The notes under the pieces: model-generated
The model's input: the letters and a program-made list of their open reading frames with translations, nothing else
Database searches by the model: none
Told to the model about the DNA's origin: nothing
Assembly: GCA_964016885.1 (NCBI GenBank)
Contig: OZ024751.1
Span: 46,748,001-46,812,000 of the forward strand
Source: Eledone cirrhosa
Taxonomy: Eukaryota
DNA length: 64,000 nucleotides
Direction of reading: 5' to 3'
Part shown: positions 1-14,884 of the stretch, piece by piece
Position numbering within the stretch: position 1 is the first letter of the stretch
How the letters are laid out: every line of letters begins with the position of its first letter
Made by a program: the position numbers and the translations under genes

Positions 1-1352
1 AGTCATAACCACCTCAATCACAACCACCTCAATCACAACGACCTCAGTCACAACGACCTCAGTCACAACGACCTCAGTCACAACGACCTCAGTCACAACG
101 ACCTTAGTCACAACGACCTCAGTCACAACGACCTCAGTCACAACGACCTTAGTCACAACGACCTCAGTCACAACGACCTTAGTCACAACGACCTCAGTCA
201 CAACGACCTCAGTCAGTCACAACGACCTCAGTCACAACGACCTTAGTCACAACGACCTCAGGCACAACCACCTCAGTCACAACCACCTCAGTCACAACCA
301 CCTCAGTCACAACGACCTCAGTCACAACGACCTCAGTCACAACCCCCTCAGTCATAACCACCTCAATCACAACCACCTCAATCACAACCACCTCAGTCAC
401 AACGACCTCAGTCACAACCCCCTCAGTCATAACCACCTCAATCACAACCACCTCAGTCACAACGACCTCAGTCACAACGACCTCAGTCACAACGACCTCA
501 GTCACAACCACCTCAGTCACAACGACCTCAGTCACAACGACCTTAGTCACAACGACCTCAGTCACAACGACCTCAGTCACAACGACCTTAGTCACAACGA
601 CCTCAGTCACAACGACCTTAGTCACAACGACCTCAGTCACAACGACCTCAGTCACAACGACCTTAGTCACAACGACCTCAGTCACAACGACCTTAGTCAC
701 AACGACCTCAGTCACAACGACCTCAGTCACAACCACCTCAGTCACAACCACCTCAGTCACAACGACCTCAGTCACAACGACCTCAGTCACAACCCCCTCA
801 GTCATAACCACCTCAATCACAACCACCTCAATCACAACCACCTCAGTCACAACGACCTCAGTCACAACCCCCTCAGTCATAACCACCTCAATCACAACCA
901 CCTCAGTCACAACGACCTCAGTCACAACCACCTCAGTCACAACCACCTCAGTCACAACGACCTCAGTCACAACCACCTCAGTCACAACGACCTCAGTCAC
1001 AACCACCTCAGTCACAACGACCTCAATCACAACCACCTCAGTCACAACCACCTCAGTCACAACCGCCTCTGTCACAACGACCTCAGTCACAACGACCTCA
1101 GTCACAACGACCTCAGTCACAACCTCCTCAGTCACAACGACCTCAGTCACAACCGCCTCGAACACAACGACCTCAGTCACAACGACCTCAGTCACAACCA
1201 CCTCAGTCACATCCACCTCAGTCACAACGACTTCAGTCACAACGACCTCAGTCACAACCACCTCAATCAATCACAATGACTTCAGTCACAACCACCTCAG
1301 TCATAACCACCTCAGTCACAACCACCTCAATCAATCACAACCACTTCAGTCA
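1..1352. repeat. 15-bp minisatellite (CCTCAGTCACAACGA)n
   Basis: About 90 tandem copies, running off the window start. Source of the spurious (EVVVT)n ORF. Confidence 0.97.
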
Positions 1353-1444
1353 CATTCATTAAGGTCATAACTCCCTCAGTAATAACTTCCTTGAACATAA
1401 CATCCTCATGTATGACATCGTCTCCTCTCCTTAAATAACTTCCT

Positions 1445-2198
1445 CATAACATCACTAACAACATCCTATACTTATAACATCCCTAACAACACCCTATACT
1501 TATAACATCACTAACAACACCCTATACTTATAACATCACTAACAACATCCTATACTTATAACATCTCTAACAACACCCTATACTTATAACATCACTAACA
1601 ACACCCTATACTTATAACATCCCTAACAACACCCTATACTTATAACATCACTAACAACACCCTATACTTATAACATCACTAACAACACCCTATACTTATA
1701 ACATCACTAACAACACCCTATACTTATAACATCAATAACAACACCCTATACTTATAACATCAATAACAACACCCTATACTTATAACATCACTAACAACAC
1801 CCTATACTTATAACATCACTAACAACACCCTATACTTATAACATCAATAACAACACCCTATACTTATAACATCACTAACAACACCCTATACTTATAACAT
1901 CACTAACAACACCCTATACTTATAACATCACTAACAACACCCTATACTTATAACATCACTAACAACACCCTATACTTATAACATCCCTAACAACACCCTA
2001 TACTTATAACATCCCTAACAACACCCTATACTTATAACATCACTAACAACACCCTATACTTATAACATCACTAACAACACCCTATACTTATAACATCACT
2101 AACAACACCCTATACTTATAACATCCCTAACAACACCCTATACTTATAACATCACTAACAACACCCTATACTTATAACATCACTAACAACACCCTATA
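1445..2198. repeat. 28-bp minisatellite (CACCCTATACTTATAACATCACTAACAA)n
   Basis: About 27 near-identical tandem copies ending about 40 bp before the exon at 2239. Confidence 0.97.
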
Positions 2199-2238
2199 CG
2201 TTCTTAACATACTTGAACCAAATTTTGCTATATTCCAG

Positions 2239-2318
2239 GATGGACATAGACCAAAGTGCACGCAGAAACGCACAAGATTACTTCAACGTTCAAGATCCAG
2301 ATTTCTACGAATTTGAAG
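2239..2318 (+). CDS. CHS: Chitin synthase, first exon visible in window (internal coding exon)
   Basis: ttccag|G ATG GAC...TTT GAA G|gtaag. Encodes MDIDQSARRNAQDYFNVQDPDFYEFE, matching the animal chitin synthase MDxDQSARR...DPDxYEFE block. Phase-1 end joins the next exon in frame. Confidence 0.9.
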
Positions 2319-2369
2319 GTAAGATTCAAAACACTTCAAACACATAGACACTTAAAACCACAACGATGG

Positions 2370-2533
2370 TTTAAGAAATAAGGGTCAACTTTGAGGATGA
2401 CATTTAAGAAATAAGGGTCAACTTTGAGGATGACATTTAAGAAATAAGGGTCAACTTTGAGGATGACATTTAAGAAATAAGGGTGAACTTTGAGGGTGAC
2501 ATTTAAGAAATAAGGGTCAACTTTGAGGGTGAT
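2370..2533. repeat. 33-bp tandem repeat, about 5 copies
   Basis: Unit TTTAAGAAATAAGGGTCAACTTTGAGGATGACA. Confidence 0.95.
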
Positions 2534-2678
2534 TTTGCTCCTATTTCTAACAGACCAAGCAATTGCTTCCATATTCAATCCAACGATACATCTATTGGTT
2601 GCATCCTGTCATTGACCCGGTTAAATAGGTACTTGCTTCAGCTCCCATGATTAGTGGTAGTGGTCTCTTCGGTCACAG

Positions 2679-2796
<118 letters not shown>

Positions 2797-2995
2797 TATA
2801 TATAAATAATAAATAAGAGAGACGATTTTATTCCTACATTTTTATTCTATTATATAATTCTATTATACGTATTTCAATAGCGCCCTGGCATGTTTTCATC
2901 AGATAGTGTAATATATATATAAAGAGAGAGAGAGAGGGGTGTGTGTGTGGGGGGGATAGTTAGATAGATAGATATAGATATGTATATATGTATGC

Positions 2996-3031
<36 letters not shown>

Positions 3032-4115
3032 ATGTATGTATCTACACAAGTAGAAGTGATCAGTGATGTAAAAAAATAGACTAGTGTTTTGTCATCGAGT
3101 CTATACTTCAACACCGCATCAGACACATTCCCACACCTTTACCACTACACCACTGCACCACCGCACCACCCGAGGGTGTTTCAGATGATGTAAGGTGGTG
3201 AAGGTGGAGGTGGTGCTGTTGGTGGTGAGGGGATGAGGATGGGGATGGGGTGGGGTGGGGTCGTCGAATGACACAAGTTCTCACGACCCACATCAGACGT
3301 AATGTAATCCAAATAAATTGACATAACTTCCAGTGGAATTCGCTCGGAATCTAACCTCGCCACTGTAATCCAACCGGAAGGACACAGTAATGTATGTTTC
3401 ATCACCGCCACTACCCTCACCTCATACCCCCAATCTTACCCCCACCCCACCCCACCCACACCCACACCCGTACCTCCAAACCAACCCATCCTCCCTTGCT
3501 GCTGCAGACCACTACTTTCCAGGACCCCCTGTCCCACCACCACCACCACCACCACCACCACCACCACCACCACCACCACCACCGCCATCACCGCTGCCGC
3601 CGCTGCCACTACCACCACTACCACCACCACCTCCGCCACCACCACCACCACCACCATTATGGCTTTTAGACCTTAAATCAAGATGTCCATGCAAATAAAA
3701 TCCGAATGGTATCTTGAAATCAATTGAAATAAAACACACACACACACACTCACGCACACTCATACACACACACATACAGACACACAATATTATATATATA
3801 TATATATATACACACAAGGTCATATACACACATACACACATTTTCAAAGAAACACGCAGACACAAATACATGTGCACACACAAAAACACAAACACATACA
3901 TAAAGGATTATGTACACATACATACATACACACACACAGATACATATATGCATGAATGCATGCATACATACTACATACATATATACATTCATACGTACGT
4001 ACATACCGACACACACACATATATATATAACTAACCCAGACTGCTGGGTTAGTTCGGAAACGGCCGGAGCTCAGCCGTCGGGGTCCTGACTCTTCCCCTA
4101 TATATATTTTAAGGA

Positions 4116-4454
<339 letters not shown>

Positions 4455-4640
4455 CTTATTATTTTAGAAGAGAAAAAGTAAATAAACAAACATAAAAATA
4501 AATAAAAACTAATAAAAAAATGTCTGAGATGGAAAATAATCGATTAAAATCAAATAAAGGGGAGATAAATAGGAAAAAACATAATAAAAGACATTAAATT
4601 GAATGATGGCGACTAGGATAGAATAAATGACGTTAGTATG

Positions 4641-4687
<47 letters not shown>

Positions 4688-5011
4688 TTTTCTTTATTAA
4701 CCACAAGGGTTTACATAAAGTAGACATTAAGGACAGTACAGGACAATACAGGACGGTACAAAAGGGCATTTCTGCGTGTAAAAAAAACAGAGGTTGAAAT
4801 AAAATAACAAAGAAAAATAATAATAATAATAATAATAATAATACACAACAGATTTATAACGGAAACATTCCTTTGCTTGGGTAAATATTACTTCTGGTCG
4901 ATTGAACGAAATGTTGTCCTACCCTGGATGGCTGCGACATATGGAGAAAAGGGAGGTAAGCAGTAATAGTAGTAGTAGTAGTTGTGGTAGTGGTGGTGGT
5001 AGTAGTAGTAC

Positions 5012-5069
<58 letters not shown>

Positions 5070-5526
5070 AGTAGTGGTATAAGAAGGGAAGGGAGCGAGG
5101 GGAGAGAAGGGGAGAGAAGTCGTGATGGGAGGGGAAAACGCAGGCTTAGGGACAGTGGTGGTGGTGGTGGTGGATAAAGGTGTGGGTGATATGTTAGATG
5201 GGAATACAGACGACGGCAAGCAACGAGAAGGTGGAGGAGGGGAGGGGAGAAAAACAAAGACGAAAGGTGTAATGGGGACGAAGAAGCATTGTGTGTATGA
5301 TACTGAAAGTATCAAAGAATTAATATATATATATGTATACCCCATATATATATATTGGGGATGTACATACATACATAAAAATAAGTTAGTTTAATCCTCT
5401 TAGAAATCTGAGTCCTTAAATGAATGTGTATGGGGATACATTCGAGTTTTAAAGTGACTCGAAGCACACTATATCCTTAAAACTTGATTTTTGTACTAAA
5501 TACTCTTTGTTTTACAATATTTTCAG

Positions 5527-5629
5527 CGCACATATTTGTCGATGATGCCATGGAATTTAATAACAAACGACAATGGATGCCAAACAGCTTCGTGAAACAA
5601 CTTGTCTCGGTTGTTGACAAAGCAGCCAG
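5527..5629 (+). CDS. CHS: Chitin synthase exon
   Basis: tttcag|CG CAC ATA...GCC AG|gtaag. Encodes (A)HIFVDDAMEFNNKRQWMPNSFVKQLVSVVDKAA(S), with the conserved HIFxDDA motif. Phases 1/2 fit the neighbouring exons. Confidence 0.92.
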
Positions 5630-5764
5630 GTAAGAAGAATTACAACCTCACGCTTTGTCTCCCTTTCTCGCTCCCATTCCCTCTAGATATATGTTTTTTC
5701 TCTTCCGACAAACATATACACACACAAACACGCGAAAATATACACAATTATGCATACACCTCCC

Positions 5765-5824
<60 letters not shown>

Positions 5825-5930
5825 TGAGATTCTATAGGACTAGAACTGTTTCATTCTTTAGAAATCATCAGGAATCTCTGTATTGAGTACCTTACTTACT
5901 GTGATTACCTCCGACTCAACCCGGAATAAC

Positions 5931-6010
<80 letters not shown>

Positions 6011-6011
6011 G

Positions 6012-6098
<87 letters not shown>

Positions 6099-6289
6099 GG
6101 TGAACAAGGCAGAACACGGTAAAATAATGAATGCATGCTAGTTTAATACTCAGAAGTGAAAGCCCAAGAAAGTCAGATCATAAAGTTTCCGGCGACGCCT
6201 TTCATTGGATAATAGAGCGGGTGTGGGGGTGGGGGTAGGGAAACAATAATAAAAGGTGCGTGAGAGTTGACAACAGAGTGTGTGTATCA

Positions 6290-6325
<36 letters not shown>

Positions 6326-6339
6326 TATATAAATATATA

Positions 6340-6424
<85 letters not shown>

Positions 6425-6459
6425 TATATAAATATATATATTTTTATATATATATATGT

Positions 6460-6523
<64 letters not shown>

Positions 6524-6540
6524 GTATATATATATATATG

Positions 6541-6793
<253 letters not shown>

Positions 6794-6871
6794 TATATAA
6801 ATGTATCTATATATATTTATATATAATAAAATAACAGGAGGCTGGACTTGTGTAAATCCTTGAAAGGTTTA

Positions 6872-6933
6872 TTATACTATGATCATTTCAATGACCGGGT
6901 TCCGTATGAATCCGGTGATATCATCAGTATATA
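6872..6933 (-). ncRNA. Hammerhead ribozyme-like motif (family 2), antisense in CHS intron
   Basis: - strand reads tatata CTGATGA tatcaccgga...cccggtcatt GAAA TGATCA TA gtataat AAA. Core intact, helix III is a palindromic hexamer, stem I register is off by one base. Confidence 0.5.
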
Positions 6934-7380
6934 TAAATAAATATATATAATGTGTATATAAAGTATATATAGTATATATATATTTATATATATATATTAA
7001 ATGTGTATACTTGCTTTCACCCTTAACGGGATCTTCTGAAAAAAAAAATATAATGCATATATATATATATATATTTAAAATAAACACACGTTTCGGGTAA
7101 TGAGATTTCACCTTTCAGTAAATGTTTCATCTATATAGTGTCTTCATATGTTATGAAGGGATCTCATATGTGTATATGTGTATATATGTATGTGTATGTG
7201 TATATATGTATATGTATGTATATGTATGCGTGTATTTGTGTGTAGAAGGATAATATTTTTATGAATGGGTAGTCACGTATCTGTGTTGGTCCTGTTACAC
7301 TTGGTGTAACTTAATTGGTGGCCTTTACAAACAGTGTGATATGTGATCCGAAAAGTCGAGAAAGCACGTACAACAGCTTG

Positions 7381-7412
<32 letters not shown>

Positions 7413-7621
7413 AAGCGTGTGTCTGTATATATATGCGTATGTACGTATGCATTTATATATATATATAGAGAGAGATATGTATGTGTGTGTGTGTAAGCGT
7501 GTGTCTGTATATATATGCGTATGTACGTATGCATGTATATATATATATATAGAGAGAGAGAGATATGTATGTGTGTGTGTATAAATACATACATAGACTG
7601 AAGTACACATGTACACACACA

Positions 7622-7663
<42 letters not shown>

Positions 7664-8034
7664 CATATACAATCTCCGGCACTACGCAAGGAAATATAAA
7701 CACAAACAACATACACATACACTCACATACAAAGGCACACACAACACACAATAGTAATAACCTCACACGCACACACCATCATGAACGATGTGCATACATG
7801 CACACAGGGATACACATATACATACACACATTCAAGAATTAAAAAAACAATACACACACAAGATCTCTTTTTCTTTCAACTTCTAATTTTGTCAATCTTC
7901 TCTCTCTCCGAAATTTACTTTTACTTGATGAAGGACTAGCGCCCGATACATTGAAATATTCATTTACCTTTTTCTATAAAGCATGAAACTAATAGAACAT
8001 TATGCATTATGAATATGTTTGGAAATAATTAAAT

Positions 8035-8224
8035 AATTGTTTCTACTTTTGGCACAAGGCCAGCAATTATCCAGTACGTTACTGGTACTTTATTTTATCG
8101 ACCCCGTAAGGATGAAAGGCAAAGTTAACCTCGAAGGGATTTGAACTCAGACCGCAAAAGGGACGTAACTATGCTGGAAAGCATGGCGTCCAACCCTCTA
8201 CCGATAGTACCAATTCACCGCCCT
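8035..8224 (-). mobile_element. tRNA-derived SINE, family A
   Basis: Reverse complement of the full-length copy at 47279: B-box GAGTTCAAATCCC, core TTTGCCTTTCATCCTTACGGGGTCGATAAAATAAAGTACCAG, tail GCTGGCCTTGTGCCAAAAGTAGAAA. Confidence 0.9.
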
Positions 8225-8504
8225 TTAATTAAATAATTCAAACTGGATTATTTAACTGACACCAGGAAGTTGTCGGTGAATGTCCGCATAAATTCTTTCC
8301 TTAACCAAGCAGTTAATTAGATTCTTGAATAGATCCTAAGATAATTACTTATCAGTAGAAGAACCAGTATAGTCCTGAGTAATGAATGAAGGGCCTAGAA
8401 CGAGCACCACGGATTACTTAATAAACTCGGGTATAGTTGTGTGTGTTTGTGTGTATATATATGTGTGTGTGTGTATGTCTAGCTGAGTTAAATATAATCC
8501 TTAA

Positions 8505-8529
8505 TTCTATCTATCTATCTATCTGTCTG

Positions 8530-8576
<47 letters not shown>

Positions 8577-8609
8577 GTCTATCTATCTATCTATCTTTCT
8601 ATCTATCTT

Positions 8610-8684
<75 letters not shown>

Positions 8685-8843
8685 GCCTGCCTGACTATCT
8701 ATCTTTTTAAATGTATATAAACTCTCTACGTCTCTGTTTCTCTCTCTCGCTCTCGCTCTCTCTCGCGCTCTCTCTCCCTCTTCTCTCGCGCTCTCTCTCT
8801 CTTGTGCTCTCTCTCCCTTTCTCTCTCTCTCTCGCTCTCTCTC

Positions 8844-8879
<36 letters not shown>

Positions 8880-8935
8880 AGTCTATCTATCTATCTCTCC
8901 AACTATCTTTCTCTTTCTCCAACTCTCTTTTTTTT

Positions 8936-8986
<51 letters not shown>

Positions 8987-9075
8987 CTCTCTCTCCCTCT
9001 CTCTCTCTCTCAGTCTATCTCTCTCTCTCTCAGTCTATCTCTCTCTCTCTCAGTCTATCTCTATCTCTCTCGTCT
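8505..9075. repeat. Compound (TCTA)n/(TCTG)n/(CT)n/(CTTT)n microsatellite
   Basis: Directly visible. Confidence 0.95.
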
Positions 9076-9202
9076 CTATAGTTAAACTTCAGCAACATTA
9101 ACTTTCTTTACTGTCTGTGACTTCTGCTCACCTAAACATGTTTATTCTAGACGACCCTGAATGATTCTATTGATCCACCTCGTGGCTGTGTTGCTCTTGT
9201 TG

Positions 9203-10125
9203 TTGGTTGGATGGCTGGCTGGTGGGTTGGTTGGTTGGCTGGTTGGTTGGTTGGTTGGTTGGTTGGTTGGTTGGTTGGTTGGCTGGCTGACTGACTGACT
9301 GGTTGGTTGGATGGCTGGCTGGTTGGTTGGTTGGTTGGTTGGTTGGTTGGTTGGTTGGTTGGTTGGTTGGCTGGCTGGTTGGTTGGTTGGTTGGTTGGTT
9401 GGTTGGTTGGTTGGCTGGCTGACTGGTTGGTTGGTTGGTTGGTTGGTTGGCTGGCTGGCTGGTTGGTTGGTTGGTTGGTTGGCTGGTTGGTTAGTTGGTT
9501 GGTTTGTTGGTTGGTTGATTGGTTGGCTGGCTGACTGGTTGGTTGGTTGGTTGGTTGGTTGGCTGGCTGGCTGGTTGGTTGGTTGGTTGGCTGGCTGGCG
9601 GGTTGGTTGGTTGGTTGGTTGGCTGACTGGTTGGTTGGTTGGTTGGTGGATGGCTGACTAGTTGGTTAGTTGGTTGGCTGGCTGGCAGGTTGGTTGGTTG
9701 GATGGCTGACTGGTTGGTTGGTTGGCTGGTTGGATGGTTGGTAGGTTGGTTGGTTGGCTGACTGGTTGGTTGGCTGGTTGGATGGCTGATTGGTTGGTTG
9801 GTTGGTTGGTTGGTTGTTTGGTTGGTTGGTTGGTTGGTTGGTTGACTGGCTGGCTGGTTGGTTGGCTGGTTGGATGACTGACTGGTTGGTTGGTTGGTTG
9901 GTTGGTTGGTTGGCTGGTTGGTTGGATGACTGGTTGGTTGGTTGGCTGGTTGGTTGGCTGACTGGTTGGTTGGTTGGTTGGTTGGTTGGTTGGTTGGTTG
10001 GTTGCTGGTAAATGGTTCGAAAGCTGATTAGCTGACTTGTTGGCTAGCTAGTTGATTGGCCAGTTGGTTGATTGGCTGGCTTGTTAGTTGACTGGTTGGC
10101 TGGTTGGTTGGCTGGTTGGTTGGTT
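9203..10125. repeat. Degenerate (TGGT)n tetranucleotide satellite
   Basis: Directly visible. Source of the (WLVG)n ORFs. Confidence 0.95.
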
Positions 10126-10157
10126 GAAAAGACAAAGATAACACACACCATACACAG

Positions 10158-10196
<39 letters not shown>

Positions 10197-10371
10197 GGCA
10201 TGCACACACATTGACACACACAGAGAAATTCACCCACAACTACACACGCTCCGACACATACAGAGGCACACACACACATACACACGCACACTGACACATA
10301 AAGATGCACACACACGCACACTGACACATACAGAGGTACATACACACACACGCACACTGACACATAAAGAT

Positions 10372-10416
<45 letters not shown>

Positions 10417-10684
10417 GGTAGACTCACATCGACACACGCTCCAACACACATACACACACTGACGCATACAAAAGCACACACTCACACACACACACACACA
10501 CACGTACTTAGCTTTTTGGGGGACATTACGTTAAACTGTTGACAATTCCCAATTCAGACACAATCTGAATTTACTTTGACGCGTTCAACCTGGTGTTGTT
10601 TCTTTGTGAACAAATATTGGCTAAATCATCTGTAACAGCCAGATACGACCACCACTACTACTACTAACACCAACACAACAACCA

Positions 10685-10750
<66 letters not shown>

Positions 10751-10782
10751 ACACCACCACCACCACTACTAACACCACCACC

Positions 10783-10828
<46 letters not shown>

Positions 10829-10849
10829 ACACCACTACCACCACTACCA

Positions 10850-10902
<53 letters not shown>

Positions 10903-11505
10903 ACACCACCACCACCACAACTAACACCACCACAACCACCACCACCACTAATACCACCACTAACATCACCACCACAACCACCACCACGACCACCACTACT
11001 AACACCACCACTGTGTCTGTGTGTGTGTTTTCTGTTGATGGACCTCACAGGCTGTTATACTATGTGCAACCTCTCCGAGAGTCAAAGTTGACAGTGGCAG
11101 TAACCGGGACGTTAGGAGAGTGCCATGTCAAGGATTCGCCATGGGGAATTGTTGAGATATACTTCTTTGGTTCAATTTATATATTTATATGCTATTATTC
11201 TGTATGCATGATATTAATAAGCTCAGATCAGTCCTGATCCAGCAGACCTATGATCAAAGATGTTCTAATTATGAACATCTCATATATCTTCTTCACACAT
11301 AGTCAACATAAGACTACATTGTCTAATGTTTGGTTGTAGGATATGGGTGGGATCTGGTGGATATTTAGCTGTTATTTTTAGCAAGTCAGGTGAACGCGTA
11401 CAGGATTCCGCCATGACAAGTCTGCAAATATGTTCTGTATATTTGTGTATGAATGTATGTATTTGTGTATATGTACATGTGTGTGTGTGTGTGTATCTCT
11501 GTGTG

Positions 11506-11579
11506 TGCTTGTGTCTCCGCGGGTGGTATGTATATATGTATATATACACAGGGGTGTATATGTGGTTTATGTATGTATG

Positions 11580-11671
<92 letters not shown>

Positions 11672-11742
11672 CATACATACATAAACCACATATACACCCC
11701 TGTGTATATATACATATATACATACCACCCGCGGAGACACAA

Positions 11743-11745
<3 letters not shown>
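11506..11745. repeat. Palindrome centred on a (TA)n tract
   Basis: tgcttgtgtctccgcgggtggtatg...ggggtgtatatgtggtttatg (TA)n cataaaccacatatacacccc...cataccacccgcggagacacaagca. Arms appear identical. Confidence 0.92.
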
Positions 11746-11777
<32 letters not shown>

Positions 11778-12076
11778 ATAGCCCATCAGAATACTCGATA
11801 CTTGGGGTAGTAGAGTGGGTAATATGAAACGGCCGGAGCTCAGCTGTCGGGCTCCTGAATCTTTTCATATATGTATATATGCATTCATATATGTATATAT
11901 GCATATATATATATATATATGAGGTGTATAGGTTTATATATATGTGCGTGTGTGTATATATATGTATGTGTATGTGTGCATGTATGTGTGTATATGTATA
12001 TATATATGTGTATCTGTGTGTATTTATGTGTGTATAAGTGTATGTATGTGTATGTGTGTGTATGTATATGTATATG

Positions 12077-12119
<43 letters not shown>

Positions 12120-12242
12120 GTATATGTATGTAAATATATGTATATGTTTATGTATGTATATGTATATGTATATGTATGTGTATGTGTATGTGTATATGTA
12201 TATGTATATGTGTATGTATATATGTGTATATGTATGTATATG

Positions 12243-12289
<47 letters not shown>

Positions 12290-12336
12290 GTATGTATATA
12301 TGTATGTATATGTATGTATATGTATGTATATGTATG

Positions 12337-12397
<61 letters not shown>

Positions 12398-12578
12398 GTA
12401 TGTATATATGTATGTATATGTATGTATATATGTATGTATATGTATGTATATATGTATGTATATGTATGTATATACTAAAAGACAGTACAGAGAGAGTTAA
12501 CTAAAGTTCCCAGTGTTGTGTTAGAGTCAACAACCCCTGAACTGGCGACGTTCTCTGAAGGTCAGCACTTTAGCCACC

Positions 12579-12619
<41 letters not shown>

Positions 12620-12962
12620 TGGTAGTAGTAGTAGTAATGGTGGTGGTGCTGTTGCTGGATGGTGGTGGATGTGACAAGGAACATTTGCCTTGGTCAAAAT
12701 GACATTTAACCATCGAACACAACAACAACAACAACACCAGCAGCAGCAGCAGCAGCAGCACCAACAACACTAATAGCAACAGCAACAACACCAACAATAG
12801 CAACAGCAAGAGTAAGAACAACAGCAGTAACTACCACAACAATAACATCAACAACAATAACAACAACAGTAAACGACAACATCAATAAAAACAACAAAAT
12901 GACCACTACCACCAACACCAGCTGATACACCACCACCAACACTACTACTACTACTACCACCA

Positions 12963-13026
<64 letters not shown>

Positions 13027-13078
13027 ATCAGTGAGTGCAACACAACAAAAGTGTGCCAACTGATATACATATATATAA

Positions 13079-13261
13079 AAGAAAGTTAATGAAATATATC
13101 CATACAGATTTAAGTGTGCCTTAAGATATATCAAAGCAAAACTAGAGACGATCTGCACTGAATTATGTAATGTTACATTCAGTGCAGATTGTCTCTAGTT
13201 TTGCTTTGATATATCTTAATGCACACTTAAGTATGTATGGATATATTATATTAACTTTCTT
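13079..13261. repeat. Fold-back inverted repeat, arms about 85 bp
   Basis: aagaaagttaat...gatctgcactgaat / attcagtgcagatt...attaactttctt, with a loop of about 13 bp and several mismatches. Confidence 0.9.
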
Positions 13262-13372
13262 ATAATGAATAAGGCTCGATTTTATTGCCTGAATTCTATT
13301 TTGAGCTGTTTTTTTGAGAAAAAACATATGTTTGATTTTATATCATTCATGATATCCTTTACTTTGAATGTA

Positions 13373-13438
<66 letters not shown>

Positions 13439-13628
13439 TCTCTGTTGTTATTTGCTGAGAATAATGACATAGTCACTACTTGAAAACTGATAGCGAATGG
13501 TCTTCTAAATGTTTTTAATTAAACATTCAACATATTGCCAATTATACTATACATACATTCATGTATATATCGCTATTTCAGAGCACCAATACTAATACAT
13601 ACACACACACACACACACATACACACAC

Positions 13629-13660
<32 letters not shown>

Positions 13661-14677
13661 ATGTGTGAGTGTGTGCGCGTGTATATATATATAATAATAT
13701 ATGTATATATATATATATATATACATATATATACACTAGTTCACTGACTACGTTGTATATGGGTACTTGAGATGAAAAACCCACACCATGCTGAAAGCCT
13801 TAGCTTCATAAGCTACAAATATAACGACGATATCTATAACTTCCAACATTTATACAACGTTCTCACGATTTAGGAGATGAACGATTGCTCAAAAAGACGA
13901 CGAAAATTTCCTTTTCTTTACAATCTTGCTGTCGGGAAGATGGCCGGTCGAAAATTGACTCAAAATTAAGAAAAAGAGACGAAACATACATACATATACA
14001 TATACATAGATTTACACAGTTACGCATACATGCATATAAGCAGAGATACCTAGACGCATATACACGTACACACTCACATGCATATACACAAACACAAACA
14101 CAGTCGTGCACAATTTCATACATCTACACACAACTCAGTACAGTTAGGATCAACTTAAAAGCACGCCGAGTCAGTTGCCAACAGTGAGTTAATGCAGGAT
14201 AATACAGGATAATCTCCCTTCTAGAACCTCTCTATGTGATGAAGGTTGAGTGGTAGGGGGAGATAGTTAATATGTCATGCATTCTAACCTTCACTCTCCT
14301 GCTTTCTCTCGCTTCTTCATTCTATCTATCTTTCTACCTTCCTGTTCTCAACCTGTTGCAGTACACCTTATACTGGAAAGGTTTGTTGATCGAGCAGACA
14401 TTCCAATTATGACCATCCAGTAGTATTTTCAGGAATAGTGTTCCCTGGACCAAACCAGAAGATAGAAAAGAGGCTAGCTATGACAGTTGACATGATTTTA
14501 AAGAGACATACTTCCTTCATGTTTTAGTTCTTTTATTTTTATTCCTGTGCTGCAATTAGAAATCCTTCAGTCTCGGCTATTAGTCCAATGCTTCTTGGGT
14601 AGATTTGTGAAATCTACTTGTCCACTTCGTCCCTATTCAATCTTTTCAGGTATAGGGTTTTTTCTTGACATCGTTAT

Positions 14678-14822
14678 AGCATGGCATATAGTTATGTCCC
14701 TTTACGTTCTGAGTTCAAATCCCGCCGAGGTTAACTTTGCCTTTCATCCTTACGGGGTCGATAAAATAAAATACCAGTAATACACTGGGTAATTGCTGGC
14801 CTTGTGCCTAACGTAGAAACAA
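14678..14822 (+). mobile_element. SINE family A, 5'-truncated
   Basis: B-box, core and tail matching 47279, followed by (TTA)n. Confidence 0.88.
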
Positions 14823-14834
14823 TTATTATTATTA

Positions 14835-14884
<50 letters not shown>

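Noticed and set aside
209-1270. 353-aa (EVVVT)n ORF
   Set aside because: Translation of a 15-bp minisatellite inside a CHS intron, with no unique sequence or splice support.
13460-13500. CTGAGAA...gtcacta..GAAA hammerhead-like string (and a similar one at about 7085-7120 on the - strand)
   Set aside because: Core deviates at several invariant positions and there is no second copy in the window to show covariation.
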